A DNA stretch of 64,000 nucleotides, from contig RSEE01000066.1 in assembly GCA_003971905.1 (NCBI GenBank), forward strand, positions 1-64,000, in the 5' to 3' direction. Source of the stretch: Moniliella sp. 'wahieum' (taxonomy: Eukaryota). How positions within the stretch are numbered: position 1 is the stretch's first letter; every line of letters starts with the position of its first letter. The notes beneath the pieces were generated by a model. That model had not been told where the DNA came from. It saw only the letters and a list, made by a program, of their open reading frames with translations, and searched no databases. Position numbers and translations under genes: made by a program. Shown here in pieces: positions 50,396-62,220 of this stretch.

Positions 50396-53086
50396 ATGGA
50401 GGACACGCTGGCGTCATCGTCGTCTCTATCGTCCCTCAGTTCCTCCCCCCTTTCCGACGTACCCACCTTATGGCCCACCTCCGATCATCCTGGAGCTGCT
50501 TCCTTGGTTCGCGGCTTGCCGTCCCATGCGTCTGCAGTGCCTCCTTCCCATCCTGCCATGCCCACTTCACCATCGTGAATTGGATACCCGCCAGCGCAGG
50601 AAGCGCCGCAAGCGGTCCGCCGGAAAGGGCGGGCGCTTGCTGTCCAAGCGGTTGCCTCCGGCCCAGCTCACTTGGCCTCCAGGCTGCCTTCGTCCAAACC
50701 AAAGCCAACAACTGCGCCAAAGGGGAAGAGGAGGACCGTAGGACCAGTCACCCTGTACCGCCGCGCCAGCTGCGATCCTACCTAGCTCGGCCGCTGCCCT
50801 TTCAGCCTCATCCAGCCGCCATCGCCCCATAGCGGGGGCCAGCTCGATCGGCCTCTCACTCCGACCAGGAATGCCGACGCCACCACATGCTGACGTTAGC
50901 CCGCCGGCGCCTCGCCCGAGCCCAGGGCCGGCCGTGTCGTCTCACGTCCCCTCCTTGCCTCTGCTCTCTCAGTTGCATGCGTCCAACACCACCCGCACCC
51001 GAGGTTGCCGAAACATTGCTGCCACCGCACCTGCCGCAGCCCGCCTTTCCCGTCCCCACCGCCTCCCGCTTCCCTCCTATGGCCATTTCGATGGGCGCTA
51101 CCAAGGTATACCCCGACCTGACTTCGGTCGCTGCGGCGGCCGGGTTGGAGGCGCCCAATTCGATTCCATTGGTCGGACGAGCTCCTTTGCCCGCAGAAGT
51201 CCCAGGACAGAGACGCATGGCAACGATACCCCATCCACGACCGTGTTCTCGGGCAACAAGAGCGGGAAGCGCCCCTTGCACTCCAACTTCTTCCACTGGG
51301 GTTCCCCCGCAGGTGGACATCCAGCTCGATCGCGCGTCAACGCAAAAGGTACCTCGCTGGCTGAGCGCCTGTCGCTTGTATGGACCCCAATCTTCACAGC
51401 CCTTGCAACCGTTAGAACGGCCTCATTGTCAGGCGTATGGACGTCGTGCCAAGAGCGGAGGCAATCCTGTCTCGTCCCACCCCGTCTTACACCCTTCCTT
51501 CCCACCGTGGACCTGAGCCAAGCCGGACGAGGATACTGGTCCTTCCACGCCCAGCGTCCGGGCTCGATCGGCAGGCGCAAGCACCGTCCTCTCCAGTCCC
51601 AAAGAGGGGAGGAGGTAAAGGAAAGGAACGATATGCCACGTGGTGACCATGGGTTCAGTACGGTAGCTGCCGCTTTGAATCACGTTCCTCCTCCGAAATC
51701 AGGTACGGAGAGCGAGAATGAGGCAAGTGCCTCTCACCGGAGGAAGCGGCAGAAGCGACGATTGGATGCATGGCAAGCGCCTGCTGCTCCTTCTCATGGT
51801 GACCAGTCGGTCTCACCCTCGTCCCCAGCGTCGCCCCCTCTTCCCCTGAAAGAAGTCAAGGGGAAAAGGAGGCGCCGTTCGCGTTGCATCAACTCTCAAA
51901 GAAACACCAAAGCTTGAGCAACTGCAACTGGTTCATCTGCCGGAAAAACCACTCTCTACTGCAGCTTGGACGCACGTTCTGGATACGGTTCCTATCAGTG
52001 AACCCTGGGCAGAAAGTGGGGATGGGAACCAGGGCTCCGCATCCGCTCGACCGGCAGATTTTCGTATCCAGCAAGGAACACTTCAAGGGTTCTTCGAGTC
52101 GGCACGACACCAACTGGGCGAAGCAGCTTTGGTTCTTGCTTCGGATTCAGGGCTGCTGAAAAGGTACTTTTCTTACATTGTAATCCTTACGAGGTTGAGT
52201 TGAAGTTGACTTTGTTTTCTCCACAGTCTTGACAGTTTCTCTCTCGCCCCTCCGAGAGGCAAAGCCTCTTCGGTTGGGGGAGCTCCCCCGCCCGGGGACC
52301 GAAAATTGGTTTTGCCTGGGCGCGAACAAAGTGCGAAGCGCAATGCGGAACATGGTCTCCACCTCTTGGCTCAAATGGGTAAAAAGATGGAGCAAACACT
52401 TGCACCAGTTGGCGTCAGGGGGGTCGCGTCGCAGTCAACTGAACCTGGGTCCCATCTTCGATGGTGGAAGCGCCTGTGTCATTGAACTTGACTGGGCCGT
52501 GGCTGAACCAACCTTTGGCCACATCAATGTGCGCGATGAATCCTTCTCTCTCCCCCGGTTGCAGAGCCTGGCAAAACGCCCCATGCCACCACCGCTTTGT
52601 CTTCCTCGCCACCCCGCGTTGCTGTTCCGTCCAAGTCAACATCAAATGGGCGGATGCGGTTCCGGATCCGTCGGACGGCTTTGGGCGGTATTATCGTTCG
52701 TCCCACGTGCATCCCGAACCCATGCATCGTGGTTCTGCTTCTGTTGCGACACCGGGAGTTGCTCCAGAGTCCTTACCTTCTCCCAGAACTCGGTCCCCAA
52801 GTCGGTTCCACCCACCTCCGATCCCAGCTTACGTCCTGCTCCCCCAACACGTGGCGATTCCAGCCTGTCTACCGTGCCACGAGTGCCTCCGACCGGCGGA
52901 GTGACCTCCCTTCAGTCGAATGAAGCTTCTGCGACTAGCACCACAACCACCCTCACTAATTCTTCTGTGGCCTTCCTCAATCCCACCCAGCTCATGTTCC
53001 TTTTGGGCACACGGGACACTATCCAAACAAGAGGTTGGGAAGCATCCCAACAGTGGCTTGAAGATCAACTCCATTGTGCAGAATGA
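50396..53086 (+). CDS. hypothetical protein, fragmented by indels
   Basis: Ser-rich start MEDTLASSSSLSSLSSSPLSD and basic NLS-like HRRKRQKRR. A possibly folded C-terminal part includes HHRFVFLATP, FLNPTQLMFLLG and WEASQQWLEDQL. No family recognised. Confidence 0.45.
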
Positions 53087-53187
53087 GGCACAGCTGCTGC
53101 ACAATCTGCCACACCAACTGCCCAACTGCATAGACGGCCCAAGATGATTGAATCGTGATATCCTGTTCTGTTATGGCGATGTGGGAA

Positions 53188-55041
53188 TCAAGGGGAACAC
53201 GGGCGCCTCTGTAGACAAGACAAGGCAACTTTGACACCAAAAGCGGGTTGAATAAGGTTAGCGACGCCCCCACGCTTACGGCCTTGGGAGCGCGTGCTGG
53301 CTTTGGGGGAAGGGGAAGCGGGGGTCGGTTTTGCGACCAGAGGGGCAGCCGAAATAGCTGTCTCCTTTTCGTCCGCTGCCTTGACCTGCTTGGCAGCTGC
53401 CTCCTCGGCAAGCTTGCGACGCTTCTTGGCCTCGTTGAACTCCTTGAGTTTCTTCGAGTCACCGCGATGCATCAACTGGGGAAGGAAAGCGGCCAGGGCA
53501 GTGGAAGCAATCATCAAAGCCCACGAGGGAATCAGTTCCAGCAGCCTATAATAGTATTTGCCCAAAAACGAGGCGAACTTGAGCATGCGTGGGAACTTTA
53601 CGCCACCCGGTGCCCATGGGCTCTCCCATACGGGCAGCATCTTCCACTCTCCCGAACCCAAAAAGTCAATCGCCTCGTTCACGGTCGGCAACTTCTGCGC
53701 CACCTTCCAGTAGCGCAGGTCAAATGGCCTCTCCGATCCGGGCGGCGTGGGCGTAACAAAGACGACCATCGGTACCTTCCATATGCCCCAAAGCCATTCC
53801 ACCACGGGGTGGCGAACGTATTCGGCATACCCAAACCGGAGCCCATCAGCCTCGACCTGGGGCAGGTTAGCTTCGACCAGCGCTTGGCGCACGCCCCATT
53901 GCGACGCGGTCAAAATTTCCTTGCCGTCAACTCAGTCTCGGCTTGGGCGTTCATGTCGTCTTCCGACATGTCCGACGGCGCGCTACCCCCGCCGCCCAGT
54001 AGCTCGCCCACCTTGGGCAGGACTGCGCCAAAAAAGCTTTTGCGTCCGGGCTTGCCAATCACAGCGCGGCTGTTGGCTCAGCGACGCGAATGGTAAAGCC
54101 ACCGACCACCTCGAACCCCTCCGGAAGACTGGGTGTGGCAGCCGCGCTGGCCTTGGCCACCTCGGCCACCTTGGTGAAATCGGGTTGGTCGGCGCCCTTG
54201 ATGGTTGGACTGTATCCAGTGGAAGGGTCCGGCCAAAAGGCGTGAAGGGTGCGGTTGAAAATGAGGTCAAACTTTTGGGATTCCTTGTCGGATGCCGAGG
54301 CGGAGCTGTAACAAGATGGGGGAGGGTAAGCAGGGTAAGCACGCGGACGAAGCAGACCACAAGGGCAGTCGAACGTACAAGAGAATAACCCAGGGCTCCG
54401 ATACTGGCCGAGAGGGAGTACCAATCACCGAGTCAACCATGCCCGCCAGGACGGCGTCTTGGTCGAGAATGGCAGTGTGCGAGTACCCCAAGAGGTCGAG
54501 AAAGCCAGCGTAACTGTGATTCGTTCCAGCAAAATTTCTCCACGCGCGGGTGAAACGTGGGGTTGGTCTTGGCCCGCATCTGGTCCTGCGTTTCGTCCAC
54601 GCGCTCATCCGACCACCGGAGCACCTTGGTCAGGCCAAACTGAACCAAACAGAATGCAGGTCAGCAATCAGCAACCAGCAACCCAGCACGTGCATCCGGC
54701 GGGAGAGAAGGAAGATGGGGGCGGAAAAGCACGACGTACGCGAATCAGGCTCTCGGTGATGGTTTGGTTGCGAGGTGCGCGCGGAGGCTTGGGCGTGGCA
54801 GGCAGGGGGGCAGCCGTGCTGTGCGGGGCAGGCGCGGACGGCTTGGAGGGCCGCTTGATGCCGTGGGGGGACCAACCAGCGTCGCGGCGATAGTTGCTTC
54901 CGACTTCGGGCTCGCCCTCGTGCTTGGAGGGGAGGCCGGGCTGCCAGCCGCGGTGGATGTACTGGGCAAAGACGTGGGGGACGAGGAGGACGCCCACCAA
55001 GGCAGCAGCACAAGGCGGAGGATGCGCTGGGTGAACGCCAT
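53188..55041 (-). CDS. secretory-pathway membrane protein with TMX-like (probably non-catalytic) thioredoxin fold
   Basis: Signal-peptide-like N-terminus MAFTQRILRLVLL..LVGVLLVPHVFAQ. Then EPWVILLY, LRFGYAEY...WGIWKVPMVVFV, and GEWKMLPVWESPWAPGG followed by a TM helix (IPSWALMIASTALAAFL) and a basic tail. Introns 54640-54739 and probably about 54307-54378. True stop may be near 53258. Confidence 0.55.
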
Positions 55042-56434
55042 GGCGGGATGGAAGAAGGAAGGAGGAAGGGCGCGAGAAGGCGGGGATGGGCGGCGGGGGG
55101 CAGGCAGGCGGGGGCCGGAGGAAGAGGAGATAAAAGTGGATGCAATCTCTGCGTCGCAGCGCATGAGACATGCCCACGTGGTCTGCACGCGCACTGGCGC
55201 ACTGGGAGGCACGCCGTGTTTCGATTTCAATCCTGCGTGTTCTATCTCTGTGCCCTCTGGGGGTGTGGACGCACTGGGAGAGGGGCGGAACGAACCACGC
55301 GTGGGCCTGGGCACCCGCGACTCCAGTCCCACCAACCAGCGCCTGGCAAATACACTTGCACCAGCACTAGCACTAGCACTAGCACATTGTAACCGCTCCC
55401 CCTTGGCCGCACACGCACACAGCGGCCCCGTGCCTCGCCCGCCCTCCCAGACAGAGCGCGTGCCCGCCACTCGCCTCGTCCGAGTCACCCACTGATTCTC
55501 CTCCGCCTCACCGATGGATGGTCCATCCAGCGTCCGGGAACTGCTTCCCCGTTCTGGCCTCAAAACCATGCGTTCCGCGTCCCCTCCGTCAAACTCACCC
55601 CAACTCGTCTAGGAACGCCAGGCGCCCGTGTGGCCTTGGCAGGTCGCGTGGTCGCCGCCAGGTTCCTCGTCCGCGCGCCAGCACGTCAGCCCGTCAGATC
55701 AGTATCATATATCAGTCCCCAAATTCCAAACGTCCATCTGTCGACATGGCGCTTCCGCTCTGCCCTGCGACCCCCCTTCCACAGAAAACAAATTATCTGT
55801 ACCTGCGCCGCTCCTCCCGTAGGCCTCCAACGTCCAACCCACCCTCCCCAGGCGGTTCAAGATCATTGGTGGGTGACGGTCATCGACCGGTGCCTCGCAC
55901 GAATGCGGGTGGCGGTGCTGGCCTGGCCAGTCTGTTTGCGCCGTTTCCACCGTATCCGACGCCGCCCACGTGGTCCATCTGCGCATGGCCAGTGGATTGG
56001 GGTGGAGACGAGGCGGGGGCAGATAAGGGCCTAAGGCCAAGGGGGGACTATGTGGGCATGCGGTGCAAGCTTGCTTGCAACGAGGGCCATTGAACGAATC
56101 CCAACCAGACGCGCTAGCAAAACCCAGGACAGAAGAACACGACCCCCAAAGCAACCTGTGCGTTACGTCAGCACACCCGACTCGGCGTGAAAGAAACGGG
56201 CGGAAGCAGGACTGAAGTTTGAACTTTGAACGTTGAAATGCAGCTGGGTGGAGAGTACATACAGGCCCCGCAGCTCTATTTGGTCGATCGTCGAGCTTAG
56301 CTACGATCGCAGAACTTATCTAGCGCAGTTGTAAATTAGTTTTCATCCCAAAGGGAAGGGAGCCGTGGTTGTTCATCGACTCGGTTTCGGCTTCGTGTAT
56401 CTCAGACTTCCGCAAAAGCAGGGACCCAAAAAAG

Positions 56435-56528
56435 TGACTTCGCCCGGATCGAACCGAGGACCTTATCCGTTAACTTCAGCACAGGGCCAGTGTTAAGGAT
56501 ACGTGATAACCAACTACACCACGATGCC
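56435..56528 (-). tRNA. tRNA-Val(AAC) with 21-nt canonical intron (56470-56490)
   Basis: GGCATCG TG GTGTAGTTGGTTATCAC G TATCC TTAACA [ctggccctgtgctgaagttaa] C GGATA AGGTC CTCGG TTCGATC CGGG CGAAGTC A, followed by a T6 Pol III terminator (56428-56433). The T-stem lacks one C, probably a homopolymer error. Confidence 0.95.
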
Positions 56529-56853
56529 ATATGATCATGTGTTCATGACAACTTTAAATGGCATATGGTCTGAGGGAGCCCCGGCAATCAACGTTCAACG
56601 TTTGACGTCGACAGGCATCTGGCTCTTCTCTGCTCACGACCCATGCCTGGTTGTACTACGGCGTTCCTACGCACTCTACCTGGTCGGGGCGCATGGAGAA
56701 TGGACATCATTGATGGATATGGAGTGGATAGTCAACGGTACAAGTGCACAAGCCGAGGCCAACGGTAAAGAGGTCGTAAAACAAGCCAGCAGAAGACAAC
56801 CCAACCGGGAGCGGTCGCAACCCGCTACGCGCGGTGGGGAGGGGGAGGATGAG

Positions 56854-59800
56854 TTAGGTAGACGGCACGCCAATTGCAGCAACACTGTTGCCGTACGAAA
56901 GATGAGATGGGCGCCTTCCGCATCGGCGCCCACGGTCCGCACCGACCCAAACGCCAGCCGCTCTTCGTCCCCGTACCCGCCGCCGCCGCCGAGCGCAATG
57001 GACTGGGCGGCGGCCGCGCGCTGCGGCGTGGGTCCCGAGCTGAGCGCGGCCGTGTCGGCCAGGAGATCGACCGCAAACACTTGCCACCGTGTGCCGAGGT
57101 GGGCGTTTTGCGACGGGCCTGGGTGAGCAGCAGCGGCGTGGTGCATCGTTTGTCGCCGCACACCGACCACGTACCGGCCCACGCCATCCGCCGCACCGCG
57201 CACACAGCCTGTCGAACCCGCATGCGCACCGGTTCTTCCCGCACCACCACGTCACGCCGCGGTGTGCTGGGCGGGCTGTCGGAGGGATCAGCGGCATCGG
57301 CAGTGCTAGCGCCAGCAGCCGACCCTTCGCCCCCGGGCGCCGACGGACCGGCGCATCCTCTTTGGCCTCCTCGCCACGGTGCCCGCTGGGATCGGGTGCG
57401 CCCTCGAGGCTCAGGCCCAGGCCCATACCCACATTGGCCATGTGCGCCGCAGGCAAGTGAGACGCACCATTTCCCGTCCCGGCGGGCGGCACGATGCTGG
57501 TCGAGTGGGCGCGCATGGCGCGGGTCGAGTTGGCCCGCTCCCGCGTCGAGTTGGCCCGACGCGACCGAGCGCCATGCATCGAGATGGGGTACCCGCCCGA
57601 ACTGCCTCCGGCATCGGACGAGGCCGCACCGGAGCCAGTCGACGCTGCGCCCGGCCCTGCGCCTGGCCCGGACAGGCCATTGCCAGGTGCGCCCGAGGGA
57701 GACGACGCATTGGGTAATCGTAAGGTGATCGTCTGTCCGTCGGGTGTGGTGATCTGGTTGGGACCGTCGCCGGGCCCGCTCATCGCTCCCGAGTCGGCCC
57801 AGTTGGTTGGACCACTAAGATCCTCCGTGTCGCGTTCGCCGCGACGCAACAGACCAGCATGAGTTCCATATTTGGCGTTGGCCGGGCCAAAGAGCGAAGC
57901 GAGATGAGCAGCTTGGACAGTGAGCCATTCGGCGTCGATCCCGATGCGCCATTCATCGCGCCCATCCGCTCTTCCGACATCAAATCGCCGGCCGAAGCGA
58001 CGAGGCTGGTACTGCTGCCACTGCCCATGCTGGCGCCGGGGTAGATGTGAGGTTGGCTGTGGGACGCAGTGCGCGCAGTCGAGTTGGGGACGAGTCGAGG
58101 ACCAAATCGGGGTACACTTTGGCAAACCAAACGTGCGACTTGGTCAACAGACCTGCCAGAACAAAGGGAGGAGGGGGCGCCGGGCTGGCGCCCCAGCTGA
58201 GCGTCGTGGGCGGCTGGAGCGCCATGGTAGGCGGTAGCATAATGCGCTGCACCGGTCCGTCACCAATCTCGAGCACTTGTACCATTTGCCGGCCCCGCAA
58301 ATCGTACACCAACACGCGACCCGTGTTGGTGCCAAGCAGGGCCAGCGACGAATCGGTCAACTGGCCTGAAATGCTGGGCGGCGGTGGATCGGTGCCGGGA
58401 GTGGTGGCGAGCTTGGGTCCAGAGCCGTCACCGGGGGGCGGGCGAGCAGCGCTCACAAAGTCGATCCCTCTGGGGCGCTCGGTGGCTCTTTGGGTCCGCG
58501 CGCAATCAGAGCTGTGGCCCGGACAATGTGGCCAACACTGAGCTGGAGCTTGGCCAGCTCCGTCCAACGGTTCAAACGGGCTTCGTGCAGCCAAATGGAG
58601 ACTCTGGCATGAGAGGAAGCCAAGCCAAGCAGTTGCACGTCCTCCTCCTCCCCCACCCAGCTGGATGAGGTACGGGTGCCAGAAGCAGGCGCAGGTAACG
58701 CGGCCAAAGCAATGTTAAATGCAGTCCAACGGTCAAGAGGCTCCGGTTTGCGGATCAAACGCGGCTGTTTCCAGCGTGGTCTCGTAGATTGCCCCGTCAG
58801 CAAAGACAACAACGTTGGCCGAGGCATGGATGTGGGTGCGAGAAAGAGGCACCTTGCCAATCGCTTGGAAATAACGTTTGCGCACTGTGCCCAAATACAC
58901 AATCGAGGGAGACCCACCCGGTTGACCATGCACCCCAACCCTGGGGGCAGTGCTGCACAAGCAGCAAGGGAAACCACATGCAGGACGCCATAGCGGGTGC
59001 CAAGAAGTACGAGTTGACGTTCGGCATCCACCGACAGGGCGGTCACGCTATCGCCATCCTCTTTGATGCGGGCCCCGACCTGCGTCGATAATTTGCGCCA
59101 ACTTGCAATGTCGGCAGCCGTGCCAATCGGTCCGAGTCAGAGTCACTGTCCGTGTCGAGGGGTAGTTGGAAGGGGCCATGGAAACGTTGCCTAAAATGTC
59201 CAGTGCCACCACAAACCCGGCTGCTTCGGCAAACATGACAATGTCGGCTGGCGTCGCATTGGGAAGAATACGAGCATCGAGGGAAGACGTCATCCATGCC
59301 ACTGAATCTGCCACCGCTTCGGTACCAGAGCCAACATGCGAGCCGCCGGCGCTGCCAGTCGAGGTGTCATCCCCAGATTGGCTCAACGCATGGCGAACTC
59401 GAGCCCGGGTGATCGACTTGCGACCTGAAGCGAGCACAGGTGTGAAGGGCGATGCGTCTGGTCCCGACGGAGCAGGCGAAGAACGGTCGCTGGTACCAAG
59501 GACCAGCGCGCTACTGGCCTCCGTCCCGGGTAGGCGATCCCGTTGGGCCTCAAGCAATTCGGTGTCTTTCAGCAGGTACAAAGCAGAAGCCAAAGAGCAC
59601 TGATCGTTACCGCCATGGGCACCACAACATGGTTCATGAGCCAGATTGCCTTCTTGATCCGAGACCGAGGATGAAAGTGAGCACCGCGGCGGGAATTGCG
59701 GCGCTTCGATGAGCTGGACGAAGATCGCCGAGAACGCAACGAGAGCACACTCCAAGGTTCAATCAAAATAGGAACTTGAGGGCGCCCTGTGGGTTGAGTG

Positions 59801-62220
59801 CATGCCATAGAGACCCTGATGGAGTGTGGTCCGGGGTCTAATGGTGTGGGGGAATGAGGGATCACGGGCGAAACAAAATCGACTCCGTCGCGGGAATCAG
59901 TATGGTGGGCCGAAATGGGCCATGAGTGTGTGCTCCGGTGTGCTCGGAGAAAGGTCGGGGAGGAACTGATGAGAAACAAAATGATGAGAAGAAAGCACAA
60001 GCTCGCTGCACGGGATTTTCCGACAGCGTACAAATGCTGTCCCTTCAAGCCAAAGTGGAATCCTCGCTTGGGGCAGCCGAAGTGGGGTTGGAAGGAAGAG
60101 TGGAAGAGGAGGCTAAGTTGATCGCGCTAGGCTTACCAGCCAAGTCAGCTTGCTCGTTTGCGCTGGCCCGATGGGGTGGGCCCTGTCGAAGCGCTTTGAG
60201 GCAGAGCAGGATCGTCGAGTTTGCCCCCTTGGGTAAGCATGTCGGCCAACTGGACGCAAGTCAGAATCTAGACACAAAACAAGAAAAGAGAACCACGTAC
60301 GTCGAGCCGCTGCATGTCAATGCTGACCACAGTGGCGATGAAAACGACTTGCATGAAAAGTCCGAAACAAAGACGGCCATGCTCAAAATGGCCCACTGCT
60401 TCGCCGCAGGAAGGGAGCAAAGAGGGCAATGCAAGTGGCCAGTGCCACATCTAACAGCACCGTCACCGCCAAAGGACCGATTTGAGCGAGCCCATGGGCA
60501 AACCCGGCGCTGGACAGGCCAATAGACTGGGGTGTTCACCAAGGCGTCTAGCAGGAGGAACAAGTTTTCCGATCCTACCAAAAGAACGCCTAGGGGGATC
60601 GCAGGCCAAGCAGGTGGGGGAAGAGGCACGCCCACCAACGCACACACCGAGGTGGTGGTCACCAACACTACAGCTGTCGAGATGCAAGCAGTAATGAAGA
60701 GACCCCCATCGCGAGTGGACTCTGTCCAACTGGCTGAAGCGTCGCAAGATAAATCCGATAACGCCCACATCGCCAGTGGAGAACACACCCGGACGCCGAG
60801 TGACGAAGAAGGACGCGCAGCTGCACCATCCAGCTCTTCCCCTTCGTCATCCTCTATGGAAGACCAGAAAGAGAGGGTGCCCGTCCATCGTGGCTACCGG
60901 GACCGGAGTAGGTCAAGACCCGCTCGATAACGTCCCCTTGACTGGCAGGGGAGTAAGGAAACGAACCTGTCCGCCCGTAACATTGTGGAGCAAACGCTGA
61001 AGGACTGGTGAGTGCCCGAGGGAGCACTGTGGTCTTGGAAGAAGAAAGTCAAAACCAGATAGTCAGCAGCGGCAGCAGAACCAGCGCCAGAGTTATGCTC
61101 GCGCCTGATTGGCAAGCGGAGGCAGACCAAAAGGGCCCCCAAGGTGGTGAGGACCGATAAAGGCAAGCCTTGACCAGTAGCACCCGAGGCTACAATTACA
61201 TTGTGGTCGGACCAGTGGCCAGCAGCATGAGCGAGAGTCATTCCAGGAGTTGTGTCGGCCGCAACAAGCGAAGGGTCCAGGCGCCAAAAGTCGAGGGGGG
61301 ACAAGACGAGGCACCCCTGCGCACCACTTTCGGGCGTTTGGATGGCCGATGGGTCGGATGGAGGGGCGCGAAGGCACTGCAAGTTTGGGTCGGTCGAGGT
61401 GGTCAAGAGATGTTCAATCCTTCGTTGAAGGCGCAGGGCAGATTTAAAATGGATGGTTGCAGCATGCCGCTGGCGACGAGGCAGCATCGTCAGTGGTAAG
61501 GAACAGTTGTTGAACGCGGACCCCGGGGACGGCAAACTCGAGGGGGCGGAGGACGCGGAATCGGGGGATATTGGCGGGGGGGAGAGGTGGAGCCCGCGGC
61601 TAGCCTCAAGGACAAGGCGTGTGTCGGCCAATGCGCCAAGGTGGCTTGATCGCTGGGCGCAAATGCCGCTAGCTGCTCCACCGAGAGCGGCGGAGGGGAT
61701 AGGGGGGAGCGGGGGCCCCAAGCCGGCGCTGGAAGAAGGCGTGACCACCGCAACGGCGAGGTACAGGAGGGAAAGATGACATGTGGCACAGAGGATGATG
61801 GTGCGGATCTGGTGCTGTGCCACGTATCGTCCGACCTGGGAGAAGGCGTGTGGGAGCGCCGCGTACGCCTGGAGGCACGGGAGGATGCGGGACGGGAGAG
61901 GGGCGGTGGGCCTGAGCGGAGGCAGATTGGACAGGTGGAGGCCGCCGCGTCTGGGCGCGCTGGAGCCAGCGCGCGGCGGCGGCGGCAGGGCCGGGGCCGG
62001 GGCCGGAGCGGAGGGAGGCGGATCGGCCGATGGAGGAGGCGTATGCGGAGGTGGGCGTGGGGGAGGGGGCGGGGGCGGGGACGATGGCCATGCCGATGCC
62101 GGCGCGACGCCGGGGGCAAAGGTGGGGAGGGGCGTGGGGCGGCGGGCGCGGCGGAGAGAGCGCGGCTGCGGGAGCGGAGGCGGGTGGTGGCGGGCGGGCT
62201 GGATGCGCCGATGTCGGCAT
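56854..62220 (-). CDS. SCP1: SREBP cleavage-activating protein (SCAP/Scp1): sterol-sensing domain plus C-terminal WD40 propeller; heavily frameshifted
   Basis: N-terminal [18 protein letters not shown] and [11 protein letters not shown]. Sterol-sensing segments include [48 protein letters not shown] and [21 protein letters not shown]-like pieces include [16 protein letters not shown] and YVVGVRR...WQVFAVDL, ending [10 protein letters not shown]. Start is 62220 or 62091. Confidence 0.85.
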
